A DNA stretch of 64,000 bases from a virus: the IMG/VR virus record IMGVR_UViG_3300020582_000006, positions 21,314 to 85,313 of that record. One strand, written 5' to 3'. The translations under genes and the position numbers were made by a program. Below are positions 10,211 to 19,534 of this stretch, piece after piece (position 1 is the first letter of the stretch; each line of letters opens with the position of its first letter). The notes under the pieces are model-generated. The model had not been told where the DNA came from and ran no database searches. It worked only from the letters and a program-made list of their open reading frames with translations.

Positions 10211-11110
10211 TTATCCTTTCTTGCGCTGGCTTACCGTAAAGTCGACGACGCAGCGCATACCCGGGACGTTGAATCCGATAGGTTTGACCGAGTTCGCGTA
10301 CTTCGCGATGGCTGAATAATCTATTGTCACCCATTGCGGCGACACCTTACCGTCGATAATCCCCTGCAGGAACACTTTCAACGCGGCCAGTTCGCCTTTC
10401 GGGTCGTACAACTCGCCGGTGTATTTCGGCGCGGCTGACATGCCTCTCGGCAGCACAATCGGCGGCGGCGCGGGTATCGGCGCGGGCATCACAACCGGCT
10501 CCTGCGGGATGACGATCCGCTCCGGTTCGGGAATCGAAGCAAGGATGTGCTGTTCGGAGACGGACTCCGACTGGTCAATCAGCCGCTCAATGCGTTCGGC
10601 GTGATCGCTGAACATCTCTTCATTCACGCGATGCTCGAGGACCTGATGTTCCGCCCGCTGCTCGATCTGGCGTGAGCGTTCTTCCTGTTCGCGCCTCAGC
10701 CGGATATCGCGCTGGCGCTGTTCCTCTTTGAACTTCTCCGCTTTCAGGAAGGAATTGACCTTCTGACTCAGAATCCGGTTCTCCAGTTCGAGCGGATCCA
10801 TGACATCGTGTTCCTGCTTCAGGATGAGGTTTTTGGTCTTGTTGATATTGGCCTTGATCTCCTCCCAGTTGAACAGGCGGCGCGATTCGGATTGCAGGAT
10901 GCGGTTCGCGTGCAGGCGCTGGCCTGCGAGATTCAGGCTCTGTTGATCGGTGACTTCGAGCGCGATCGCCGCCATGACGCGCGGCGTCGTGTTCGGAGCC
11001 TTGCCGGGTTCGGGCGCCACGGTCGTAAGAATGACCTCTGTTGTCAGCTTATCGACGTCTATGGCCACCAGTGAATCAGGTTCAGTGTCTTGTGTCGTTT
11101 GTGTTGTCAC
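10211..11110 (-). CDS. Coiled-coil phage protein of the recombination module
   Basis: Charged helical centre and C-terminal .VPG. motif. Adjacent to recT. Confidence 0.6.
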   Translation of the reverse strand: MTTQTTQDTEPDSLVAIDVDKLTTEVILTTVAPEPGKAPNTTPRVMAAIALEVTDQQSLNLAGQRLHANRILQSESRRLFNWEEIKANINKTKNLILKQEHDVMDPLELENRILSQKVNSFLKAEKFKEEQRQRDIRLRREQEERSRQIEQRAEHQVLEHRVNEEMFSDHAERIERLIDQSESVSEQHILASIPEPERIVIPQEPVVMPAPIPAPPPIVLPRGMSAAPKYTGELYDPKGELAALKVFLQGIIDGKVSPQWVTIDYSAIAKYANSVKPIGFNVPGMRCVVDFTVSQRKKG

Positions 11111-11760
11111 TTCGTCTCCTCGGGAAAAACTGTCTTGCGAAACCGTGCGATGGCGCGTTCGAGCGCCGCGAGGCCGCCCTCTTCTTTCGAGGCCACCAGT
11201 TCGAGCGAGGGCAGGCCGGTGTCAATCGAATGCTCGACCTCTTCCCGCGTGGCCTTGCGGCCGTTCGCGTACCATTCCACCGATTCCGGCTCACCCATCT
11301 GAATCAGATAGCCATGATTGAAGGGCTTGAATATCTCGTAATGGCGCGTGTTCCAGAGCATAGCCACGCCTGGATTGCGCGCCAGCACGAAGCCCGGCGA
11401 CTTATGCGCCAGCTTCGCGTTATTGACCAGCTCATCTTCCCGGCGCACCTGCCGGGGATTACTGAGAAACGGGCAGTTCAGGGCCGACCACAGGGCGCAG
11501 TCATAATGCGACGGCGGCTCGGAGCTGGTGCGGTTGATCCCGCACATCGGGCCGGCGACAAAGGACTTGTGGATGCCCAGTTGCCCGCCGCAGACCCAAC
11601 ACAGCTTCTGTCTGAGCGCCATGACGAGCTTGTCCGGATTCATCAGCCGGAACTCAGGCTTGCCGTCCAGCCATTCGACAAACCACGGCACCGGACCGTG
11701 GACCGGATCAAACGGCAGGGCTTTCATTCGTTCGGGAAGCGTTTCCAGATTGATTGTCAT
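11107..11760 (-). CDS. Conserved Zn-binding hypothetical phage protein
   Basis: PVPWFV, LCWVCG and EPPSH..CA.WS...CPFL motifs. Confidence 0.7.
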   Translation of the reverse strand: MTINLETLPERMKALPFDPVHGPVPWFVEWLDGKPEFRLMNPDKLVMALRQKLCWVCGGQLGIHKSFVAGPMCGINRTSSEPPSHYDCALWSALNCPFLSNPRQVRREDELVNNAKLAHKSPGFVLARNPGVAMLWNTRHYEIFKPFNHGYLIQMGEPESVEWYANGRKATREEVEHSIDTGLPSLELVASKEEGGLAALERAIARFRKTVFPEETK

Positions 11761-11975
11761 ATCGTGATCCTGCAGAGCGGGCAGTGTTCGCCCGGTGGCG
11801 GCGGTTCTCGTCGCGGCTTCGACATTTGCTCACCATTCAGCCAGGATTTGATCCAGCCTTCAAGCACCGGCCCCATCTTGCGGCCCTCCCGCGCCAGCCG
11901 TGACTGGAATTCATTCAGCAAAACTCTTTCGATCCGGAATCCGGTTTGCTTCGAGTCGTCTCTTAGTCTGGCCAT
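11757..11975 (-). CDS. Small ribbon-helix-helix-like DNA-binding protein
   Basis: Beta strand (QTGFRI) followed by two helices, with a C-terminal CxxC. Confidence 0.45.
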   Translation of the reverse strand: MARLRDDSKQTGFRIERVLLNEFQSRLAREGRKMGPVLEGWIKSWLNGEQMSKPRREPPPPGEHCPLCRITI

Positions 11976-11987
11976 TTTAATTGTCCT

Positions 11988-12629
11988 TTAAACCATAGCC
12001 TGTTGTGCCCATATAGCCTGTTTTTTTCGGCTTTCGGTGAGCGCCCAGAGGAACGTATCGAAGTGCTTGCGGAAGGTTGAGAACGGATACCAGTGCAGCT
12101 TGAACGTACCGTCCTTTTTCAGCTGCACAACCAGACGGCGATAGCCGTAACAGGCATAAGGGCCGACGCAGGCCTGCGCGTAACTGGCCAGCTGCGGCCC
12201 CCAGGACTCGGTTTCTTCGCCTGTCTTCCAGTCGAGGATCGTCCTGTCGGCGCCCCGGTACAAACCCTTCACGTCGAGCATGCCGATATAGCGGAAGCGC
12301 GGACAATAGACAATGTGCTCGATCAGTTCGGGAACAAAGCCCGACTCGATCATGAACTTGCGCCGCGCGACCAGATAAGGCTCGATCTCAGGCGCTACCG
12401 TCGCCGGATCGAGGTCATCCTCCATCTCATAGTGGATGGCGCGATGCACCGCCGTGCCGCGCTCCTGCGCATACTGCAGGACGTCTCGCGGCACGCGTGA
12501 GAAGTCCGAGATCCCGGCGTCTTCGAGCACCTGCGTGGTCGAGCGCGTTACGCTCCCGTCGACCGTGTAGATATGGCCAGCGGGCCGGAATGCGATTACC
12601 GGATTGTCGATGCGGGGATCGACCAGCAT
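11988..12629 (-). CDS. PD-(D/E)XK exonuclease (RecB/Cas4-like), probable RecT partner
   Basis: S.TQVL, RGTAVH, E...Y.G.LD, ILDWKTG and QLASY motifs. Confidence 0.85.
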   Translation of the reverse strand: MLVDPRIDNPVIAFRPAGHIYTVDGSVTRSTTQVLEDAGISDFSRVPRDVLQYAQERGTAVHRAIHYEMEDDLDPATVAPEIEPYLVARRKFMIESGFVPELIEHIVYCPRFRYIGMLDVKGLYRGADRTILDWKTGEETESWGPQLASYAQACVGPYACYGYRRLVVQLKKDGTFKLHWYPFSTFRKHFDTFLWALTESRKKQAIWAQQAMV

Positions 12630-12806
12630 TTATGCGGTCTTCTTCTGTTTTCGTCTGTCGAGGAACTCGCGCAGCGCCTGGCTGACCACGTACTCGCGGT
12701 CCATATTCCCGTTGGCCTTGCAGTAGTCTCGCAACTCATCCACCAGATCCGAAGGCAATCGGGGATGGATCCGCTCCAGAGTAAGCTCCTCTTTGTTCTT
12801 TGCCAT
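12630..12806 (-). CDS. RHH (CopG/Arc-like) regulator, 58 aa
   Basis: Manual translation MAKNKEELTLERIHPRLPSDLVDELRDYCK...VVSQALREFLDR. First gene of the leftward arm of a divergent region. Confidence 0.65.
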   Translation of the reverse strand: MAKNKEELTLERIHPRLPSDLVDELRDYCKANGNMDREYVVSQALREFLDRRKQKKTA

Positions 12807-12954
12807 GCAGCCTCTATCCTATTACGCACCTGGACATCAAGGCAACACAGAAGTAAACACTATGTTATAGTTACCAACGATGTTTTTAAAGGGAGAGAAA
12901 AGCTTGAAAAATAGCCACGGACAAGGAACCGAAACTGAATGGAGTTAACGTTAA

Positions 12955-13407
12955 ATGAACAATAACGCATCCCGATTTGAGGCAATGGCCATGCAATCAC
13001 TTCTGCCCGGTTTAACATTCGCGGTCGAAAGCGCGCTCGAACTGCTGAATACGACTCGCGCTGTTCTCGGGCTCGAACCTGTACTGATCCGGAATGGCGA
13101 CATTCGGGAATCCCGGCCAAGGCGCGGGCGCCCTCGCAGAGCAGCCGACGAACCCGAAGTGCAGGAGGAGTCAGAGACGGCCGAGACTCTCGCAGTCGTC
13201 GCAGCGCCGCGCAAAGCCAGAGCAAAACGGAAACAATGGACGGCGAAGCAGCGCAGGGATATCGGTGAACGCACCCGGCAACGCTGGGCGGCGATGCGCG
13301 AAGCAGGCATCACGCCGCGCAATAACTCGCCTTCAACCGCCGAGGTCGAACGCGCCCTCAAGATCATCGAGCGAAGAAACAGGAAGTCCACAGCCAAGGC
13401 CGCTTAG
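12955..13407 (+). CDS. Basic putative DNA-binding protein
   Basis: AT-hook-like RRGRPRR and a basic C-terminal helix. First gene of the rightward arm. Confidence 0.55.
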   Translation: MNNNASRFEAMAMQSLLPGLTFAVESALELLNTTRAVLGLEPVLIRNGDIRESRPRRGRPRRAADEPEVQEESETAETLAVVAAPRKARAKRKQWTAKQRRDIGERTRQRWAAMREAGITPRNNSPSTAEVERALKIIERRNRKSTAKAA

Positions 13408-13418
13408 AAAGGAACTCT

Positions 13419-13811
13419 ATGAACCGTGTGAACATCGAACCCAAGCGACAACACGCCGTGCGTATTTCCAATCGTCAGTACGGTCAGCTTCGCGCGATCC
13501 TGAATTCACCGAACGCGACCGCGGGCATCGAGGATATTTCCGCCTTCAACCAGCTCACTCTCGGCGCGAACAAGCGCCGGGGATTCATCGCCGAGACACG
13601 TCGCAAAAACGGCATTACTCTGACCTTTGAAGGCCGTCAGGTACTGAAAGCGTTCGATCAGGCCGACTTCATGCGCAAAGTGGCGAGCCTGAATTTTTCC
13701 TCTTATCTGAGGCTGGAGCCGCGCATGATTCACTTCGCGCCGCTTGAGCGTAAAACAGCTCAGACCGCGAGAGAGTATCAAGAGGCCCGGCGCGCGACTA
13801 CTGCGGCATAG
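13419..13811 (+). CDS. Hypothetical protein
   Basis: AAAGGA RBS. Confidence 0.6.
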   Translation: MNRVNIEPKRQHAVRISNRQYGQLRAILNSPNATAGIEDISAFNQLTLGANKRRGFIAETRRKNGITLTFEGRQVLKAFDQADFMRKVASLNFSSYLRLEPRMIHFAPLERKTAQTAREYQEARRATTAA

Positions 13812-13817
13812 AAGCGA

Positions 13818-14195
13818 GTGAAGACCATCTTTTGTTGCGGCTGTCAGCGCGAGATCGAGGCGCGGCTGACATACGGGGCCGAGATCTATCCCCACCGGCG
13901 CGATCTGTGGCTGCTGCCGTTCTGGAAGTGCGACGGCTGCCAGAACTATGTCGGCTGTCATCACAACTCACGCCAGCCGCACAGTCCACTGGGTAATATT
14001 CCGACCGCGATCATGCGGGCGCTGCGCGTCGAGATCCACTCGGTGCTCGATGGCTTATGGAAGCACAAAGGGTTCCGCCGCGGCGACGTTTACCGGCGTC
14101 TTTCGCAGCATATCGGCCGGCCCTACCATACTGGTGAGATAAGAACAGTCGAGGAAGCCCTTGCCATAAAGGGTTTCCTCGCGGACTTCAGATGA
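13818..14195 (+). CDS. DUF3268-like zinc-finger protein
   Basis: GAEIYPHRRDL, FWKC..C..YVGCH, PLG and H..LD.LW motifs. Confidence 0.8.
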   Translation: MKTIFCCGCQREIEARLTYGAEIYPHRRDLWLLPFWKCDGCQNYVGCHHNSRQPHSPLGNIPTAIMRALRVEIHSVLDGLWKHKGFRRGDVYRRLSQHIGRPYHTGEIRTVEEALAIKGFLADFR

Positions 14196-16578
14196 TCCTC
14201 CGTGCGCGGGATGTCGTGTTCGTCCTGGTCGCCGTGACACTCAGTCTCGCGATATGGGGGATCATCTGGCTCGCGAAACATCCCTGCACCCGCTCGGTGA
14301 CGCATCGCGTCTGGGTCGATCAAATCACGACTTACGTGGATACCGGCGGCGGGATGAGGAATGCGGACGGAGAGTTTATTCCCGGGACGGGAATCAAGGT
14401 ACCCTTCACGACACCGGCCCACTTCGAGGATCAAACTATCTGTATGGAGCGCCGCCCATGAGGAGTTACACCTACAGGCGCAAAGGAAACCGGCTCATCG
14501 ACGGCGATACGCCGCCGATGCCGCCGCCCACGCTTTCTCCCGCGCAGGAGAAGGCCGAACTGCTGCGCCTCGCGCGGCTTTGTGAAGAGGGCTGGTCGAC
14601 GATGACGGCGATCCCGCTCAAAGCCCCGCCGATGCCAAAGCGCAATTACCCGATCCCCGAACGCTGGCGGAGAGCTGTGTGATGCCACCTGTAACATCGC
14701 ATGTTACGCCTTTTCAGGCGATCCAGGTCCTGTTGTCATTACTCAGCCTGTTCTTTATTGTGATGGCGGCCTGTATCTCAGTCCGGGCCCTGCGCACGCT
14801 GAAAAAATTCATCAGGCTGCAGGGCCGCATCAACGATCTGACGGATGAGCGGCTGCAGATGCTCGAACGGGAGGAGTACCGGTGATAGCGGTCCGTGTGT
14901 TCCTGTCGATGACGCTGACCGTGCTCGCCGCGCTCGAGTGGTACACGGTCCTCGAGCGCGTCTCGCTCGACTGGTATGCGGACCAGCTGGTCGCTCAGGT
15001 GGAGATGGAGACGGGCCGCAAGTACCCGGCTGCCGCCAAAGCGCAGCTCTACGCCATCGTGAACAAAGCGCCGTCCTACTCGAAAGTGCTGCCGCCGGCG
15101 CTGGTCAACACCGTGACGGCCGCGGGCGCGTGGGCGCTGACATTCTGGGCGATTCGGCGCAGAGATCGCGAGGAACAGGAACAATCAAAACAAGATGACC
15201 TGCAGTTATTGCGACGAAGAGATTCTCAAACATGAGCCGGTCGGCTTCAACGGCTCGATGCATCAGGAGTGCGCCTGCCGGGCCATTATGGGATCTGCGG
15301 CTCACCAGATGCACATATGCCACTGCTTCGGCGGCCGGGGGGAAGACCCGCCTGAATTCACGGCACGCCAGGGCGCGAAACTGGCATGGGAGACGTTCCA
15401 GGCACTTAAGAAAAAGAGAGAACAGGCCAGCCTGAACTGAGATGAAGATCATTCACATACTCGGCACCGCATCAGGCCAGCCTCATCCCTATGACGACAT
15501 GTACCTGCTGCAATACGATCCCACCGTGCGCCCGGATGGTATGATCCTGCTCGAAGTCGTCTCGGATCCGGCCTGCGCCAAACGCTTCGCCGACGCCGGC
15601 GAGGCGCTCGAAGAGTGGCGGCGTTCCAACGGCAGGCTGCGGCCGGACGGGAAGCCGGATCGCCCGCTGACTGCCTTCACCGTCGATATTATTGACGCGC
15701 CATGACACGCAAACGAGTGGTCCAGATCCAGCGGCTGTCTATCTGTGAATGCGGCTTTCCGCTGCTCAAAGTGGAAATCGGGATCGGCGCTGAGTACACG
15801 ATCGATCTCGACAGCGTGAGCACGAACGGCTGGCACCTGAAGTGCGGCGGCTGCGGTACGGTGATCCGCGATATCACGACGGTGATGGCGTCGTCGACGC
15901 TCGATCCGAATCGTCCGCCCGCGCGCCTGCCTTACGCGATCTTTCTCGGCAGCCGCGTGGCGCCGGTCCTTACAACTCCCACCCGACAGGACAAAACCCA
16001 ATGACCGAACACGAAGTCATGATTTGCGCCCCGGCAGACGGGCTATGGACCATACCCGGCTCAGTTTTCGATAAGATCTGTGTGCGCTGCGCCGCGCCCG
16101 TCATGATGGCCCCGTCCGGCGTTCGTTACATGGAAACTCACACGGTCGAAGTGATCTGCATGATCTGCTTCGATCCGCAGGGCCGCGACCGCAACGTCGC
16201 GAAAAAGATCCGCCTGACCGCGCCGGTCAGCGTCATCAATGGAGAACTTATGAACGTCACCCGGAACTACCGCGCGAGGACCACGAATTGACGCCGCCGA
16301 TGGGTTACTCGCGGGCATCTGAAGCCGAAGATGCCGACGTGATCCTGCGCATGTCCGAAAACGACTACATCATGCTGCTGACGTCTCTGGGTATGGCTTA
16401 TGCTTCAGGCCTTCAGGAATCCCTGCCGATGATCAACCGCATCAACGCAGGCAATCCGGACTTTTCGCCGTATGAATCCTCGGAAGACCTCGAAGCGAGA
16501 GCGGCGCAGACGGTCGCGATGCTCCGGAAACTAATGGAAGGGACGGACTCATTTCATGTGGGAATGCGCTCAGTGTAG
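14192..16578 (+). other. Run of small, translationally coupled hypothetical genes (14192-14461, 14458-14682, 14679-14885, 14882-15235, 15195-15440, 15442-15705, 15702-16004, 16001-16291, 16288-16578)
   Basis: Mostly 4-bp start/stop overlaps. Several have TM helices or CxxC motifs. Confidence 0.6.
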
Positions 16579-17752
16579 TCTGACGCGAGAGAAGCCGGTA
16601 AGCCGGCCGCCGATGGGCTGGAAACGGCGCGGCAAAGCCATCTATTGCAGGGACTGCTGGCGCAAGCTCTACGTGCTGCGGGCTGTCACGATCCCGGTCG
16701 TGAGCCCGCTGACGCTCAAGTACAAAGCTGATGAAACGCTTCACCCCTGCGACTGGGATGAGTTCGGGAAACGCCTGCGCGAGCAATGGGCGCTGATCAC
16801 CCAGGCTTCCAACTGGATGATGACCGAGATGTACATGCGGGATGACCGGTCCCGCGACAAAGGCAAGCTGCAGCCGATGCCCGGCGTCTATCTCTATCCC
16901 GAGACGCGCAAACAGTTTCCCGGCATGGCCTCGCAGACCACCGCGGCCCTCGAGAACCAGATCGGCAAGAAATACCGGGCGAAGCGTTTCGATGTGATCT
17001 GGACCTGCCGCGCCAGCCTGCCTACCTTCCGCTACCCCACGCCTTTGCCGGTACCTCATCAGGCATGGTCAATAAGACTTGACGATAACTGCCCGCTCGT
17101 CTCCGCGCCTATTGGAGATGCGCGTGTCGAATTTCGCCTGCGCAACGGCCATCAGTTCCGCCGGCAGCTGCTCGCCGTGAAGCAGATCATCGCGGACGAA
17201 GCCGAACCCGGCCAGATGGATCTCTACCGCCAGGGCAAATCGGTGATGTGCAAGCTGGTCGCCTGGCTGCCGCGCCGTCCGGTCGAGACGAAGATCGAAG
17301 GCACGCTGTTCGTACGCGCGGATGCGCAGGCGCTGCTGGTGGCTCTGAACGTCAAGGATGACCGTCTGTGGACCTACCATGGCGATCAGGCGCGTCGATG
17401 GTCAGCAGCGCACCGCCGGTTGCTCCAGCGCCTTGCAGACGACAGCAAGGCCGAACACAGGCCCACTGTGCCTTTCCACGCGCGGCGCGAGGCCGCGGCC
17501 CTCAAATATCGGGATCGCATGTCGAGCCTGACTCACCAGATCGCCGCTATGACTGTGAACTACGCCTTACGGCGGAAGTTCGCCGCCGTGCGCTATGACG
17601 ACACCGCCCGGGACCTGTTCTGCCCCCACTTTCCCTGGCACATCCTGCGGCTGAAGCTCGCTGAGAAATGCGATGCGGCCGGCATCGAGTTCCATGCGGT
17701 GACACCCGGGGAACCGGAAGAAGTCTTGCACGAACCGGTAATGGAGGAGTAA
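16556..17752 (+). CDS. Nuclease-dead TnpB/Cas12f-like RNA-guided DNA-binding protein
   Basis: N-terminal Zn ribbon (CAQC...CRDC), S.PTFR.P.P and a bridge-helix-like region. THQIAAMTVNYA...AVRYDD and FPWHILRLKLAEKCDAAGIEF align by eye with the TnpB RuvC-II region. RuvC-I reads LFVRADA rather than GxDxG. The C-terminal Zn finger and RuvC-III are absent. Confidence 0.7.
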   Translation: MWECAQCSLTREKPVSRPPMGWKRRGKAIYCRDCWRKLYVLRAVTIPVVSPLTLKYKADETLHPCDWDEFGKRLREQWALITQASNWMMTEMYMRDDRSRDKGKLQPMPGVYLYPETRKQFPGMASQTTAALENQIGKKYRAKRFDVIWTCRASLPTFRYPTPLPVPHQAWSIRLDDNCPLVSAPIGDARVEFRLRNGHQFRRQLLAVKQIIADEAEPGQMDLYRQGKSVMCKLVAWLPRRPVETKIEGTLFVRADAQALLVALNVKDDRLWTYHGDQARRWSAAHRRLLQRLADDSKAEHRPTVPFHARREAAALKYRDRMSSLTHQIAAMTVNYALRRKFAAVRYDDTARDLFCPHFPWHILRLKLAEKCDAAGIEFHAVTPGEPEEVLHEPVMEE

Positions 17753-17915
17753 ACTTTTGGTTTCCGCGCCACCGACAGGCGCAGGCCGCTTATTCGCTGG
17801 AAACGCTTGCCGATCCAGTCGACGCGGCAAAGCTGCTGTTAAGGGTTCCTGATATGGGCGCAAGCCGCAGCCGGGAAAACGATCATTGAAAGCAGAATCG
17901 ACCGATTCGGTACAA
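17753..17915 (+). ncRNA. Putative omegaRNA/sgRNA-like scaffold plus guide
   Basis: Stems GTTTCC/GGAAAC, GCGCC/GGCGC, TTGCCG/CGGCAA and GCTGC/GCAGC, plus a GGC-GCAA-GCC tetraloop. The scaffold ends in ATTGAAAG (17885-17892), like type V repeat 3' ends. Confidence 0.45.
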
Positions 17916-17929
17916 GACACCGGGTAGCG

Positions 17930-19343
17930 GTCGTCTCGGCATCAACTCCGACTGCTGATCGGATCGGGCTTGTTGTGGGCCTCCTACCTGATCGTTCGGT
18001 ATGGCTGCTCGCGCGACGTTCGGGTGGGATTCGTTCGGTTCATATCTGGATTCGTTCGGGGGGCTCGCAACTCGTCGGATCGGCACAAGAGACGGCAGAT
18101 CGGTCGGTTGGAACAGCCAGATAGGTCGGGGCAACGCCGGATGAGGCTTTCGGGTGCTTAATCCAGATTCCCGTCGGGAAAGATGAGTCAACCGGTTCGG
18201 GGCCTGCTACCTGATCGGTCGGAAACCCGTCGCCGAACTGATCGGGAGATGATCGGGCGTTCGGGGGGATAGGTCGGGGTACTCGCAGTCCTCGGGTCGG
18301 GAATAGTTCGGGAAACGATCGGGAACTGATCGTGTCGGGTCTTGCATCTGTCCACCGTCTCGGGTTGCGAGTCATTCGTTCGGGTGGTCTCGATGGCTGG
18401 TCGTCTCAGGCCCTGAAAGACCAGATCGTTCGGGTTTCGCGGATGTGGTTCGTTCGGGTGTTGCATCTGCAACCATCGTTCGGGTTTTCAACTTCGTTTC
18501 GGCGGGGACTGTCGGACCACCGAAGGCTGGTCGTTCGGTCGCCACTGCCGCTCAGATCGTTCGGGACACAACTGGGAACTGATCGTGTCGGGTCTTGCAT
18601 CTGTCGATTCGGGATTTTCGGGTCACGACCATTCGAGATCGGTCGGGTGGGGCAAGAACAAGATCGGTCGGGGTAAGTAGCGAGATCGGTCGGTATCCGA
18701 TTTGTTCGGGTCTTTAACTCGTCCTCTGGCCTGTTCGTTCGGGGGATGTTAGCGGAGATCGGTCGGGCATCCTGGCCTGTTCGTTCGGGAAATAGCCTAA
18801 GCGGAGATCGGTCGGGCAACTTGAAAGAGGCCTCTGTATTTCGGGCACCCCGTCAAGGAGTTCGTTCGGGGATATATCGGCCGGGAAATGGACAAGCCGG
18901 CGTCGAGATCGGTCGGGCTGTAGCAAGGAGTGCCGGTCGGGTCGGTGGAATCAGCAGCCGAAGCTATCAGGCGTCGAGATCGGTCGGTCAAGGAATGGTT
19001 TTTGATCTTTCGGGGCCTGGGCGAAATATCTGCAATCGGTCGGGGAAAGATTTGGATCGTTCGGTTCGCCGCGACCGTACCGGGCGTCGTGATCGGTCGG
19101 GCCAAGCTCATGATCGGTCGGGCTGTGGAGTGATTTCATCGGGATTACCGGCGTTTGCGTGATCGGTCGGGATTTGTTCGTCAGTGAGGATCGGTCGGGG
19201 CTCGCGCTGTTCCCAGGCTCTCGTCAGCGGTCATCGGGATTACCGGCGATCCGGGTCGGTCGGTCAGAAAAAGCTCGAGTGCCTTTTTCCGGCGGGGTGT
19301 TTCAGCGGAGCTTTGTTTCGGTTCAATGAATTGATCGTTCGGT
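17930..19343 (+). repeat. Strand-biased array of ~55 degenerate (GA)TCG(G/T)TCGG(G) motifs with variable spacers, period mostly ~21-27 bp
   Basis: TCGG cores at 18035, 18056, 18080, 18104, 18126, 18150, 18174, 18197, 18219, 18242 and onward to 19339, on the + strand. No credible ORF. Confidence 0.85.
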
Positions 19344-19420
19344 ATCTGTCACTTTTCCACAGGTCGGCGCGCCGACTACTGGTTCTTTCTACAGGAGTTA
19401 ATACAGGTCAATAAGGAAGG

Positions 19421-19516
19421 GCGCCCCTAAATCTACGTATGCGCGCCCCTAAATCTACGTGCCCGGGTTCGCATCGCATTGATTCGACTGAAACCAAAGC
19501 GCCCCTAAATCTACGT
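19421..19516 (+). repeat. RepA iterons (3 x GCGCCCCTAAATCTACGT), probable oriV
   Basis: Identical 18-mers at 19421, 19443 and 19499, just past the repA stop. DnaA-box-like TTTTCCACA at 19353. Confidence 0.8.
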
Positions 19517-19534
19517 GCAAAAATGCAGAGATTC

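Noticed and set aside
16556-17752. Active IS200/IS605 transposon TnpB nuclease
   Set aside because: The catalytic RuvC motifs are degenerate or missing, there is no tnpA, and the gene is translationally embedded in a phage operon.
17930-19343. Canonical CRISPR array
   Set aside because: There are no identical 23-47 bp repeats with regular 25-45 bp spacers, and no cas1/cas2. The motif is ~10 bp and degenerate.
17883-19414. ORFs across the array region
   Set aside because: They are short, low-complexity products of the repeats in all frames, with no consistent frame or RBS.
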